DNA of 64,000 bases from an uncultured Planctomycetota bacterium (GTDB lineage Bacteria; Planctomycetota; Planctomycetia; Isosphaerales; Isosphaeraceae), in contig CAWGMQ010000004.1 in assembly GCA_963823665.1 (NCBI GenBank), forward strand, positions 1,888,001 to 1,952,000, written 5' to 3'. The notes beneath the pieces are model-generated. The model worked only from the letters and a program-made list of their open reading frames with translations. It made no database searches and was not told the origin of the DNA. Positions 22,701-34,438 of the stretch are shown here, piece after piece. Position 1 is the stretch's first letter, and the number at the start of each line of letters is the position of its first letter. Both the position numbers and the translations under genes were made by a program.

Positions 22701-24035
22701 TTACCCCGTCGTTTCTTGGGCTTGAATCTTCTTCTGCGAGCTCGCTGATCGTTCACCCAGTCCGAAGATATGGCGCACGAATGCCAGCACCGAGTGCGGA
22801 TGCGCGTGGTCAGGCAACGGCGCGGTCACGGCCGAGCGCACGGCCGCCCTGGGATGATGGAGGAACTGGTTCTGCAGCCGGATCGCCATGTGCGCAATGG
22901 CTTCACGGTCGGCCTCGGTCAAGTCGGGCCGGCTGGAATAGAACGCGGAAAGCTCGCGCTGGCGAATCTGGTCGGCGTGGTTGCCCAGTTGCTCGAGCAA
23001 GAGTCCCACGTCTCGCTGGTGGCGCAACTGTGTGCAGCACACGGCCGCTTCCCGCTCGATGATCGCCTGCGCCGGGTCAATCCCCTTCTGCCTCGAGAGC
23101 CGGTTTTGTTCGGCCTGCGCTCGCAGTTCGTCGACGTGGTAAAGCATCACCTGGTCAAGCGTGCCAATCCGCGGGTCGAAATCGCGAGGAAATGCGATGT
23201 CCAGGATCAAGGAAAGACGGTTCCGCCGCCCGCGCTGCACGCGAATGTACTGCTCGAGCGTCACGATCGGCTCGCTCGCGGCGGTTGTGCTGATCACTAG
23301 GTCGGCGTCGAGGAGCGCCTGCTCGAGCCGGTCAAACGCCACGGCCCGGCCGTTCCACCGAAGGGCGGTCTCCGCCGCTCTCTCCGCGTTTCGATTGGTG
23401 ACCAGGATCCGGCCCGGCGAAAGCCCTTTCAGATGCTGCAAGGTCAGCTCGCCCATCTTGCCGGCCCCGATCACCAGCACCGTCTTGTCGGCGAACGAAT
23501 CAAAAACTTCCTTGGCGAGGTCGACCGCCACGCTCGCCACCGACAGCTTGCCCTGATCCATCCCCGTCCGCTCGCGAACCAGCTTGCCGACGCGCAGTGC
23601 AGCCTGAAAAACCGAGTGGAAGACCGGGCCGACCGTCCGGCAGTCGACCGCCGTGCGATACGCCTCGCGAACCTGGCCCAGGATCTGTCCCTCCCCCAGC
23701 ACCAGGCTCTCCAGGCTGGCAGCCACCCGGAATAAGTGGTTCACCACCCCGTCGTCGTGGTAGCTCACCATGTGGCTCGAGAATAGCTCCGCATTGATGC
23801 CGTGCAGTTCAACCAGCATCTCGGTCAAGCCGTCGACATCTGGAATCTGCTCGGCGGCCCCAGCGACGTAAATCTCGACCCGATTGCAGGTCGAGAGCAC
23901 CACAAACTCATTGCCCGGGAACGCCGCGGCCAGGAGGCCCAGGCCCCTGCCGTACTTGGCGGCGTCGAAGGCCAGTGCTTCGCGGACCGCCTGGGGCGCC
24001 GAATGGTGATCTACCCCCAGAGCCAGCAATCTCAC
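22701..24035 (-). CDS. hemA: Glutamyl-tRNA reductase
   Basis: LSTCNRVEIY, HLFRVAASLESLVLGEGQILGQV, GAGKMG. Confidence 0.97.
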   Translation of the reverse strand: MRLLALGVDHHSAPQAVREALAFDAAKYGRGLGLLAAAFPGNEFVVLSTCNRVEIYVAGAAEQIPDVDGLTEMLVELHGINAELFSSHMVSYHDDGVVNHLFRVAASLESLVLGEGQILGQVREAYRTAVDCRTVGPVFHSVFQAALRVGKLVRERTGMDQGKLSVASVAVDLAKEVFDSFADKTVLVIGAGKMGELTLQHLKGLSPGRILVTNRNAERAAETALRWNGRAVAFDRLEQALLDADLVISTTAASEPIVTLEQYIRVQRGRRNRLSLILDIAFPRDFDPRIGTLDQVMLYHVDELRAQAEQNRLSRQKGIDPAQAIIEREAAVCCTQLRHQRDVGLLLEQLGNHADQIRQRELSAFYSSRPDLTEADREAIAHMAIRLQNQFLHHPRAAVRSAVTAPLPDHAHPHSVLAFVRHIFGLGERSASSQKKIQAQETTG

Positions 24036-24922
24036 GGCGATACGATCCTCTGGTTATTCGAATTCCCGCTCGCGCCGTGGGCGGTCGGCAGCCCCAGCGC
24101 GTCGACGCCGATCCAGGTGAAAACCAGGAACGCAAACGCCACGATCGAGAGCACCATGACGCTCCTGCCGCGCATCTCCGGACGGAACCTCGCATGCAAG
24201 AGCACCGCGAAGACCACCCACATGACTAACGCGCTCACGACCTTGGGGTCGGTCCATTGCAGCCTGTGCACCGGGAGAAGCCCGGCCGCTTGCCCTCGCG
24301 CGCTCAAGCTCAAGATCATGCCGATCAAGAGCCCGAAAGTCAGCAACGGAAAAGCAATCGTGATCGCCCCCCGGTTGATCCGTTCCGACTGCTCGAGACT
24401 CGGCAGCGCCAGCCCGATTCGCGATGGCCGTTTCGCCTTCAGCCGCCGGTTCTGCACCAGATACATCACCCCCGCCGCGAAAGCGACGCATGCGAAGACC
24501 GCGCCGCCAAGCAGGAAAACCCCGTGAACCGTGCCCCAGAATGCAACCGTGCCTCCCCACTCCTGCCAGCTCGACTCGCGCGGCGCGAACGACCCCGCCA
24601 CCACCACCAGGCCCAGCACGATTGGCAGCACGAAGATCCCCACCGCCACCGGCCTGGGAGCGCGAAACATCAGGTAAAGCCCGATCAGCGCCACGATCCA
24701 CGACAACAGCATCACCGACTCAAACGGCGTGGTCACCAGGATCGACGGATTCTTGAATGCAAGATTGGCCAGGAACGCTGTCTGAACCAGCCAGCCCAGA
24801 GCCATCAAACCCGCCGCCGCGTACCAGCGCACCGCGCTGCGCACGAAGAACCTTGCGGCCTCGGCCAGTAGCGCCAGACCGTATGTCCCCGCGAAGCAGA
24901 GCACCGACAGACGATCGATCAC
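24032..24922 (-). CDS. Cytochrome c assembly protein (CcsA/HemX-like)
   Basis: Multi-TM protein with LPSLEQ and WTDPKV motifs; overlaps the hemA start. Confidence 0.85.
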   Translation of the reverse strand: MIDRLSVLCFAGTYGLALLAEAARFFVRSAVRWYAAAGLMALGWLVQTAFLANLAFKNPSILVTTPFESVMLLSWIVALIGLYLMFRAPRPVAVGIFVLPIVLGLVVVAGSFAPRESSWQEWGGTVAFWGTVHGVFLLGGAVFACVAFAAGVMYLVQNRRLKAKRPSRIGLALPSLEQSERINRGAITIAFPLLTFGLLIGMILSLSARGQAAGLLPVHRLQWTDPKVVSALVMWVVFAVLLHARFRPEMRGRSVMVLSIVAFAFLVFTWIGVDALGLPTAHGASGNSNNQRIVSP

Positions 24923-25154
24923 AATAGCTCCCCCGCTCGCACGCCCCCACGTGTTCTTTGACCCGGGCCCGCGACCAGATCCATTCTAAGGAGCCATGGC
25001 CGTCAATCCCAGATCAGCTCGTAAATGTTCGCTCCTGCTGCGAAGTTGCATCGACTTCGGCATGCCGATTGCACCACAGAACACCATGAGCCAGCCGAAA
25101 CATGAAAAAACAATCCGGCTGGAATATGAGAATCAACTAAGAGGAGCCCTGATC

Positions 25155-25973
25155 ATGAACGCGCTTCGAGATCAGAGACGCGTGCGGAAAACTCAACCAA
25201 TCCTGGAATATCTGGATTTGAGAATTACACCGACGGCAATCTCCGCCGTCGCGAATCTGGCCGGCGAGCTCAGGGTAGAGTCGCACGAGGTAGGCCGGTG
25301 GGAAGCCTCACTCGCCACTTCTCGATCCGGCAGTCGAGAACAGACATTCCTCACCAACCACATCACCCGCACCGAGGGCCGCATGGCCGTTCAGGACGCG
25401 CGTCTCGCGCGAATCGAAGCGGCAAATCCGATGGCGGCGCCGATTGCTGTAACTGTCGGCTCGCCCAGCCCTATCAACGCCGGACGGCCAGGTATTATCG
25501 AGCCCCAGCCACCCGGCCCCCCCACCGACCCGCCCATTCCGTTCCCGCTTGCCACCCGCTCGGTTTCCCCGATCAGTTCCGCCTCGACAGCAAGCGGCAC
25601 CACCTCGACATCAAGTAGCACGACGTCTCCGGCCGCAACCAGTCTCCCGGCCAACGTGTCCCAAACCCTCGGCGTCATTTACGCCGCCTATGAAGCCAAC
25701 CCTTCGGATTTTCCGGCCAACATCCCGGCGACGAACGGCGCCAACCGCGTGCAGATTCAAGGAACTAGTGTCGGAATCGACATACGCGACAACAACACCG
25801 CCGATTTCAACACCTTCTTAGCCGAGCTTCAAAGCGCTGGCATGCAAATCACCGATAGCAGCGCGCAGTACGGCGTCGTCGACGGCTTCCTGCCCGTTGC
25901 ACAGCTTCCGGCAGTCGCCTCGCTACCCGATGCGCCCAGCGTGGCTCCCCTCTACCAGCCGAGCCTGAAGTGA
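25155..25973 (+). CDS. Hypothetical secreted protein with planctomycete-type export signal
   Basis: GAGGAG RBS; RRVRKTQPILEYLDLRITP resembles the planctomycete RRxxxExLExR signal; Pro/Ser/Thr linker and small C-terminal domain. Confidence 0.6.
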   Translation: MNALRDQRRVRKTQPILEYLDLRITPTAISAVANLAGELRVESHEVGRWEASLATSRSGSREQTFLTNHITRTEGRMAVQDARLARIEAANPMAAPIAVTVGSPSPINAGRPGIIEPQPPGPPTDPPIPFPLATRSVSPISSASTASGTTSTSSSTTSPAATSLPANVSQTLGVIYAAYEANPSDFPANIPATNGANRVQIQGTSVGIDIRDNNTADFNTFLAELQSAGMQITDSSAQYGVVDGFLPVAQLPAVASLPDAPSVAPLYQPSLK

Positions 25974-26045
25974 CGAGGCGCAAACGCGAACAGCGGGAGA
26001 ACCGCTGAGCGATGCGGCTGGCCGGGAATCGATCCCACAGCCGCG

Positions 26046-28765
26046 TCACTCTTCGCCGTCCACGCCCGGATCCGAATCTGGATCGTCACCGGCCTCGGCC
26101 TCTCCCTCCTCGACCGAGTCACGCACGTCGTCTTCCGTTTGCAGCGTGACTTCGCCGTTGCTGCCGGTCTCGCCATCGCCCTCCCCGTCAGCGTGCGGGC
26201 CAAGCGAGGGCTCTGTCGCTATCAGATCGGCCGAGTCGCCGATCTCGTCCTCGGGCAATTTGGCCAGGCTGCTCACGACGTCCCCTTCGTCGAGCTTGAT
26301 CAAACGCACGCCCTGTGTGTTCCGCCCGATCGTGCGTGTGGTGCTCACCCGGGTACGGATGACCATGCCGCCGCTGGTCGTGAGCATCACCTCGTCGTCC
26401 TCGGTCACCTTGCAAACCGCGACGACCGGCCCGTTGCGCTCGCTGGTCTGAATGTCGATCAAACCTTTTCCACCGCGGTTCTGTGAGCGGTATTCCGTCA
26501 GGAGCGTCCGTTTCCCGAAGCCATTGGCGCAGACAGTCAGCAGGCTCGCAGGGTCATCGTCGCCGTTGGCGACCACCATTCCGATCACCAGGTCCCCTTC
26601 GCCAAGCTCGATGCCCTTGACGCCATAAGCCGGCCGGCCCATGGCGCGCACCCGCGCTTCGTCGAATCGGATCGACATCCCCTCGCGCGTGGAGAGAACC
26701 ACGTGGTCGCCGGCCTTCACACGCACCACGCCGATCAGCTCGTCATTTTCCTCGAGCCCCAGCGCAATGATTCCACGCCCGAGCGGCCGCTTGAAGGCCT
26801 TGAGCTCCGTCTTCTTGACCGTCCCCCGCCGCGTGACCATGAGCAGGCACTCGTCCTCGCGGAACTGCCGCACCGGTACCAACCCGGTGATCCGCTCTCC
26901 TTCACCCAGTTGCAGCAAGTTGACGATCGCCCGCCCGCCCGCCGTCCGCGTCGCGATCGGCACATCGTAAACCTTGAGCCAGTACACCTTGCCCTTGTCC
27001 GTGAAAAACAAAATGTAGTCGTGCGTCAGTGCGACGAACATGTGCTCCAGGAAATCGCCTTCCTTCGTGTTGGCAGCCGTGATTCCTCGCCCTCCCCGGC
27101 CCTGGGCGCGATACGTGCTGGGCGGAAGCCGCTTGATGTAACCGTCGTGCGTCACCGTCACGACCATGTTCTCTTCGCGGATCAGGGCTTCCTTGTCGTA
27201 GTCCCCCACTTCCTCGTCGGAGATCTCGCTGCGCCGAGGGTCGGCATACTTGTTCTTCATCTCGATCAGATCAGCCCGCACCATGTCGCGGATCTTCTGT
27301 TCATCGGTCAGGATCGCCACGAAGTTGGCAATGCTCTCCTTGAGTCCGGCATATTCCTCCGCAAGCTTGTCGGCCTCGAGTCCGGTCAATCGCTGCAACT
27401 GCATCGACAGGATCGCATCCGCCTGGTTCCGCGTGAGCCCCGCTGATTCCTTGGCTTCCGGGTCGTTGAGCGCACGCCTGAGAATCTCGGCAGAGACCGC
27501 GATCCCCATCAGCCGGGTACGCGCTTCCGGCGGGTTGGCCGAGCTCCGGATCACGCGGATGATCTCGTCGATATAGGCCAGCGCGATCAAGAGCCCTTCA
27601 ATGACGTGCGCACGCTGCACTGCGCCTGACGAAGCTGATGCTGAGTGCGCCGCCGGATCACGTTGATGCGATGCTCGACGAACAGACGCAAGAGCTCGAG
27701 CAGCGGCAAGGTCCTGGGCCTGCCGTTCACAAGCGCCAGCATGATGATGCTGAACGAATCCTGCAGCGGTGAATACTCGAAGAGCTGGTTCAAGATCACG
27801 TTCGGGTCTTCAGCCTTCTTCACCGTCACCGCAATCCGCACGGGCTGTTTGCGATCGCTGAAGTCGTCGATGTTCGACACCCCGGTGATCCGGCCGGCGT
27901 TCACCAGCTCAGCCAGTTTCTTGAGCAGCATTTCCTTGGTGAGCTGGTACGGAATCTCCAAGAAGTTGATCTGGCTCCGGCCGTCTTTCAGCTCTTCAAT
28001 CTCGTACTTGGCGCGGATCACGACCCGGCCGCGGCCGGTCATGTACGCTTCCTTGATGCCCATCCGCCCGCAAAGCGTGGCACCGGTGGGGAAATCCGGC
28101 CCAGGCAAAAGCTGCATCGCCGCGTCGAGATCGATCGTCGGATCATCGATATACGCAACCAGGGCGTCGCACACCTCTCCCAGGTTGTGAGGCGGCATCG
28201 ACGTCGCCATCCCCACCGCAATTCCCCCCGAGCCGTTGACCAGCAAGTTCGGGAATTTCCCCGGCAGCACCCGCGGCTCCTGATACTTCTCGTCGTAATT
28301 CGGCTGGAAATCGACGGTGTCGAGCTGGATGTCCTCGAGCATCTCGGCGGCAACCGGCGAAAGCTTCGCCTCCGTGTACCGCATCGCCGCCGGCGGCAGC
28401 CCGTGAATGCTGCCGAAGTTGCCCTGCGGCGTCACCAGCAAGTGCCGTGAGTTCCACCACTGGCCCATGCGCGTCAGCGTGGGATAGATCGAGTTCTCAC
28501 CGTGCGGGTGATATCGTTTCATCGTCTCGCCGACGATGCCCGCACATTTGCTCGTCGAGCCGCCTGGGTTTAACCCCAGGTCGCGCATCGCGACCAAGAT
28601 CCGTCGCTGCGACGGCTTGAGTCCATCACGCACGTCCGGCAAGGCCCGGCTGATGATGACGGACATCGCATAATTGAGGTAGCTTTCCTTGAGCTCGTCC
28701 TCGATGTCCAGGGGCGGTGTCGGCAGATGCGCTTCCGGTGGCGAAACAGGAGTGTCCACGTTCAA
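26046..28765 (-). CDS. gyrA: DNA gyrase subunit A, frameshifted near 27620
   Basis: [36 protein letters not shown], GyrA-box QGRGGRG, C-terminal repeats. Confidence 0.97.
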
Positions 28766-28915
28766 CCGATCTCTAGTCTAGTAAACGGATGCCGTCGCTC
28801 CATCTCGCCGGTACCGCCTCGCAAGACGGCCACCGGCAAACGGCGTCAAGTTGGACCCAACAGCTTACCCGCATTGCCAGTTCCGTGCAACGCTTACAGA
28901 CACCCGCCGGCGGTC

Positions 28916-29986
28916 CTACCCTTGCCACGACACCGTCCGCTCGCCGGGCACCACTTCCCCGATGATCCAGCATGCTATCTTGAGTCGACGGCTCAGCCGC
29001 CGCACGATCGCCTCCGCGAAATGCTCGGCAACGACGATCACCAGGCCGATCCCCATGTTGAACACGCGATCCATCTCGGCCGTTTCGACCGATCCCAACG
29101 CCTGCAGCCACGGGAAAACCCTCGGCACTGTCCAGGAATCCCGCCGCAGCAAGATCCCGTGCCCTTCCGGCAGGATGCGCGGCAGGTTCTCCACCAGCCC
29201 CCCGCCCGTGATGTGCGCGATCCCGTGCACGATCCGCTTCACCCGGTACGGCCTGTACACCGTCTTGACCGCCCGTACATAGAGCCGAGTGGGCTCAAGC
29301 AGTTCATCGGCAACCGTCCTCCCCAGCTCCGGGACGAACGTGTCCGGCTTCAGGCAGGCATGCTCGAAAACAATCTTCCGCGCCAGGCTGTAGCCGTTGG
29401 AATGGAGACCGGAGCTCGCCAGTCCGATGACCTTGTCCCCCAGCCGGATCTCGCTCCCGTTCAGGATGTGCTTGCGCTCCACCACCCCCACGCAAAAACC
29501 GGCCAGGTCGTACTCCCCTTCCTTGTAGAAGTCGGGAAGAATCGCCGTCTCTCCCCCCAGCAGGGCGCAGTCCGACTCGATGCACGCGTCGCTGATCCCG
29601 CCCACGATCTGGCTCGTCAGCTCCGGATCGTCCCGGCTCATCGCCACGTAATCCAGAAAGAAGAGCGGCTCCGCGCCCGCGCACAGACAATCGTTGACCG
29701 ACATCGCCACCAGGTCGATGCCCACCGTCCGATGCCGGCCGGTCGCAAAGGCCAGCTTGAGCTTCGTGCCCACACCGTCGGTCGAAGCAACCAGCACCGG
29801 GTCGCGATAGGCCCGCGAAAGCAGCCCGATCTGGTCGTCCAGCCGGAAAAGACCGGCAAATCCGTTTTTCCAGTCAATCACTCGCGGCGTGTAAGTACGC
29901 CGCAAGTGAGGCCCGATTCGCGAGATCGTCTCCGCGTACGTCTCGAGATTCACCCCGGCCGAGCGATAGTCCAAAGGTTCATTCAT
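28916..29986 (-). CDS. purM: Phosphoribosylformylglycinamidine cyclo-ligase
   Basis: STDGVGTK, GAEPLFFLDY, GGETA, SSGLHSNGYSL, HITGGG, FNMGIG. Confidence 0.97.
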   Translation of the reverse strand: MNEPLDYRSAGVNLETYAETISRIGPHLRRTYTPRVIDWKNGFAGLFRLDDQIGLLSRAYRDPVLVASTDGVGTKLKLAFATGRHRTVGIDLVAMSVNDCLCAGAEPLFFLDYVAMSRDDPELTSQIVGGISDACIESDCALLGGETAILPDFYKEGEYDLAGFCVGVVERKHILNGSEIRLGDKVIGLASSGLHSNGYSLARKIVFEHACLKPDTFVPELGRTVADELLEPTRLYVRAVKTVYRPYRVKRIVHGIAHITGGGLVENLPRILPEGHGILLRRDSWTVPRVFPWLQALGSVETAEMDRVFNMGIGLVIVVAEHFAEAIVRRLSRRLKIACWIIGEVVPGERTVSWQG

Positions 29987-30283
29987 GAGTCGGAAATACA
30001 CCGGCTAATCGAAATCATGAGTGCATCGCGCACGACCGAGCTCCCGCCCGCTGCCAGCGCCTTGCCGTCTATTTGAAGGCTCGCAATCGGCTTTCGGCAC
30101 ATCATCTTACGGCTTGAGCCCGCCGTTGAAAAGCAAGCGAGCCTCATCGGTCCTTGAACGAGCGAGCAACCCCGGATATCTTTTAATCAGAGTTCGAGGC
30201 CCGCCAACTGGGTGAGGTCCGCCTGCCTTCGACGAACGACCTGACGTCGATGATCTATCCCACCGCGATGGAGTCTTTGCACA

Positions 30284-30748
30284 ATGGTCCGGAAATGCCT
30301 TGCTTTCGCCCTGAGCGCAGGAGTGCTGTTCGGGATTCTCGCCCTGGTCGGCCCCAGTCTCTCCTGGGCAGACGACGACGAGAGTCCGCTCGAAAAGATC
30401 ATGGAGAAAGTGCAAAAGCACAACAGCACCATTCAGAAGGGCGTGCGGAGCAAGCCCAACTTCGCCAAGGCCCAGAAGGATGTCGTGAAGAGCGCCAAGG
30501 AGCTGATCACCCTCGCCAAGGACGCCAAGAAAATCAAGGACGCCGTCAAGAAGGCGAAGGACGTCGCCGACCCCGAAAAGAAATGGGACACCTATATGGA
30601 CGATTTCATCAAGACCTGTGAAGAGCTCGAAAAGGTGGCCGGAAAGTCGGATGCCACATTCGAAGACGCCAAAGAGGCGTTCAAAAAGGTGACAAGTGCC
30701 TGCGCCGACTGTCACAACGACTTCCGCAAAGAGAAAGAGGGCTTCTGA
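30284..30748 (+). CDS. Class II (four-helix) cytochrome c
   Basis: Signal peptide, helical Lys-rich body, C-terminal CADCH heme motif. Confidence 0.85.
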   Translation: MVRKCLAFALSAGVLFGILALVGPSLSWADDDESPLEKIMEKVQKHNSTIQKGVRSKPNFAKAQKDVVKSAKELITLAKDAKKIKDAVKKAKDVADPEKKWDTYMDDFIKTCEELEKVAGKSDATFEDAKEAFKKVTSACADCHNDFRKEKEGF

Positions 30749-30756
30749 ATTGCCCG

Positions 30757-31487
30757 ATGCACTTCCTCGATCTGACCCTGCCCACCGTCGCCGCCAATCT
30801 CGCGCTTGACGAAGCACTCCTGATCGAGGCAGACGCCGGGCGAGGCAGTGCCCTCCTCCGGCTCTGGGACCCGCCCGAATTCGCCGTGGTGCTGGGCGCC
30901 TCCCGCCGTATGGCCGACGAGGTTTTCTCGAGTGCCTGCGCGTCCGACCAGATTACGATCCTGCGTCGCTCAAGCGGCGGCGGCACCGTCCTGGTCGGCC
31001 CGGGCGTCCTTTGCGTCACCGTCATCCTGCCCGAAGACGCCGCCCCCGGGCTTTCACGCGTCGACCTGGCCCACTCCTACGTCCTCGACCGGATCGCAGC
31101 AGCCCTTCAGAGCGCCGTGCCCGCCGTCGATGTTCACGTGCTCGGCCGCGGCGACCTCGTTTTGCGCGGACGCAAGTTCGGCGGCAGCGCCCAGCGCCGG
31201 CTCCAGAGCTGGTTCATGGTCCACTGCTCGATCCTTTCGGATTTCCCGATCGAGCGCATCTCCCGCTGCCTCAAAATGCCGTCCCGCCAGCCCGAGTATC
31301 GCGCCGGCCGGTCCCACGAGAACTTCCTCGCCAACCTGGCGCTACCTCGCGCAACTGTCGCAAACGCCATCCGCCACGCATTCTCTGCCGGCACGACCTC
31401 ACTCCCGGTAAATCCCGCCCTCCGCGCTACTCGGAATCCCTCCTCGCCGAGAAATTCGCGAACCGGCAGTGGATCGAGCGGTTCTGA
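30757..31487 (+). CDS. Lipoate-protein ligase A family protein, 3' frameshift
   Basis: NLALDEALL, RRSSGGGTV, KFGGSAQRR; true end probably LLAEKFANRQWIERF* in the next frame. Confidence 0.9.
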
Positions 31488-31629
31488 ACCGTCTGAGCTA
31501 TAATCAATGAATCGGCCCCTCCGCGCTGGCAGTAAGGCCCCACGGGGAGCGGCACCCAGTGATCTAAAGCATCCGTCGCATCGCCTTCCTTCCCTCAGAA
31601 TCGTGGAAGGCGGCAAAAGGCACCCCATC

Positions 31630-34436
31630 ATGGAACGAGCAACCTTCGCTATCCCCGCTAACTTGAGCCTGATCGAAGATTACCTCCAGCGATGGAAGAA
31701 TGACCCGTCCTCGGTCGACGCGTCCTGGCGCATCTTTTTTGAAGGCTATGAGTTAGGTCGTCCAGCCCGGAGCGACGGCCAGCGATCCCCTCGATCTCGA
31801 CGCCGCTCGTGCCCAGGCCGCCGTGACGCGCTTGGTCGACGCGTATCGCGAGTTCGGCCACTACCTGGCCGATCTCGACCCCCTGAAGCTGAAGCCGCGG
31901 AACAAGACCTTCGAGCTGCTCGAGCCCGCTGCATTCGGTCTGACCGAGGCCGACCTGAACCGCGTTTTCTACAACAAGCTGAGCGACGCGGGTTATTCCA
32001 CGCTCGAGGAGCTGATCGCCATTCTGCGTGAAACGTACTGCCGCACGATCGGCGTCGAGTTCATGCACATCCCGGACGCCGGTATCCGCAGGTGGCTGCT
32101 CGACCGCATGGAGCCCAGACGGAACCGCCCCCAGCTCGACGCCAGGAAGAAGCGGCGGATCATCTACAAATTGAATGCAGCCGAGCTTTTCGAGACGTTC
32201 CTGCAAGAACACTACGTCGGCCAGAAGCGGTTCTCGCTCGAGGGAGGCGAGATGCTCATCCCCATGCTCGATGCGGTTATCGAGCGCGCTGGCAGGATCC
32301 GGGGTCCGGGAGATCGTCATCGGCATGCCGCACCGGGGCCGGTTGAACGTGCTGGCCAATATCCTCGATAAACCGTACGGCATGATCTTCAACGAGTTCG
32401 AAGGCGACCACCTCCCCGAGACCGTCGGCGGTGACGGTGACGTCAAGTACCACCTGGGCTTCTCCGCCGATCACGTCACCTCCGACAAGCACACCATCCA
32501 CCTCTCGCTGTCGGCCAACCCAAGCCACCTGGAGGCCGTCAATCCCGGTCGTCGAAGGTCGCGTGCGGGCCAAGCAGCGCCGGTTCAAGGACAAGGATCG
32601 CCGCCTCGGCATCCCCGTGCTCATCCACGGCGACGCAGCCTTCGCGGGGCAGGGCCTCGTCGCCGAGACCTTGAACCTCTCGCAACTGCCGGGCTATCGC
32701 ACCGGCGGAACGATCCACATCGTCGTGAACAACCAGATCGGTTTCACGACAGCCCCCACCGAAGGCCGGTCCACCCGCTATTGCACCGACGTCGCCAAGA
32801 TGATCGAGGTGCCGATCTTCCACGTCAACGGCGAGGATCCGGAGGCGGTCGTCTACGTCGCCGAGCTGGCGCTCGATTTCCGCCAGACGTTCGGCAAGGA
32901 CGTCGTGATCGACATGTTCTGCTACCGCCGCCACGGACACAACGAGGGCGACGAGCCGGCGTTCACCCAGCCGATCATGTGCGAGAAGATCAAGGATCGC
33001 ATCAGCATCCGCGAGCTCTACACCGAGCAGCTCGTCCTCTCCGGCGAGCTCTCCAGCGAGGAGGCCGAGACCATCGCCGAGATGTTCCCCGAGAAAATGC
33101 AGCAGGTGCTCGAGGAAGTCAAGCGCGGCGCCGGCGAGCCACAGCCCAACCGCGGCTTCAGCGGCGCCTGGTCGCGGCCTCGCCCCCAGCTTCTCATTCA
33201 CGCCCGTCGAAACCGGCGTCACCGATCGAAACGCTGCGAACGCTCACCGAAAAAGTCGTCGCCGTTCCCCCGGGCTTCTCGGTCAATCCCAAGCTCGCCC
33301 GGCTCCTCGCCGCCCGCCAGAAGACCTTCGAGGCCCGAGAGCCGCTCGACTGGGCCTTCGCCGAAACCCTGGCAATCGGCTCGCTCCTCTGGGAAGACAC
33401 CCCCGTTCGCTTGAGCGGCCAGGACAGCCGCCGCGGCACCTTCAGCCAGCGGCACGCCGTCCTGGTCGACACCAAGACCGAAGAGCGCTACATCCCTCTG
33501 AACCACCTCAAAGAAAACCAGGCGGAATTCTGCGTTTACGACAGCCTGCTCTCCGAAGCCGCCGTCCTCGGCTTCGATTACGGCTACTCCCTCGACGAGC
33601 CCCACATGCTCATCATGTGGGAAGCCCAGTTCGGCGATTTCGCCAACGGCGCGCAGGTGATCATCGACCAGTTCATCGCACCCGGCGAGTCCAAATGGGG
33701 CAGGGCCAGCGGCCTTGTCATGCTCCTGCCCCACGGCTACGAAGGGCAGGGGCCCGAACACTCGAGCGCACGCCTCGAGCGCTTCCTTCAGCTCTGCGCG
33801 GAAGAAAACATCCAGGTGACCGTCCCCTCCACGCCCGCGCAGTATTTCCACCTGCTCCGCCGCCAGGTCAGGCGCAGCTTCCGCAAGCCGCTCGTCGTCA
33901 TGACGCCCAAGAGCCTCCTCCGCCACAAGCAGGCTGTTTCTCCCCTCGATCAATTGACCGTGGGTCATTTTCACGATGTGATCGACGACCCGGCCGCCGC
34001 CCAGAACGCACGCCGCGTGCTCCTCTGCTCGGGCAAGGTCTACTACGACCTCGCCGCCCGGCGAGCAGCCGTCGCCGGCCAGCGCGACGTCGCCATCATC
34101 CGCATCGAACAGCTCTACCCCTGGCCGAGCGACCTCTTGAAGACCATCGTCAAGCGTTACGAGTCCGCCCGCGAATGGGTCTGGGTCCAGGAGGAATCTC
34201 AGAACATGGGAGCCTGGACGTTCGTCGCTCCGCGCCTGGAAGAGCTCCTCGGAGTGCCGGCGCAGTACGTCGGCCGCGACGCCAGCGCCAGCCCCGCCAC
34301 CGGATCGAAGCTCGTTCACGACCGCGAGCAGGCCGAGATCGTCGAAGCCGCCGTCGGCCTGGCCGTGCCTCACCTGGTCTCCGCCTGGCGCATTCAGCAA
34401 AAAGCCGGTAAGAGCGCCAAGCCGGGAGTGAGCTAA
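31630..34436 (+). CDS. sucA: 2-oxoglutarate dehydrogenase E1, frameshifted
   Basis: [66 protein letters not shown]. Confidence 0.95.
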
Positions 34437-34438
34437 CC

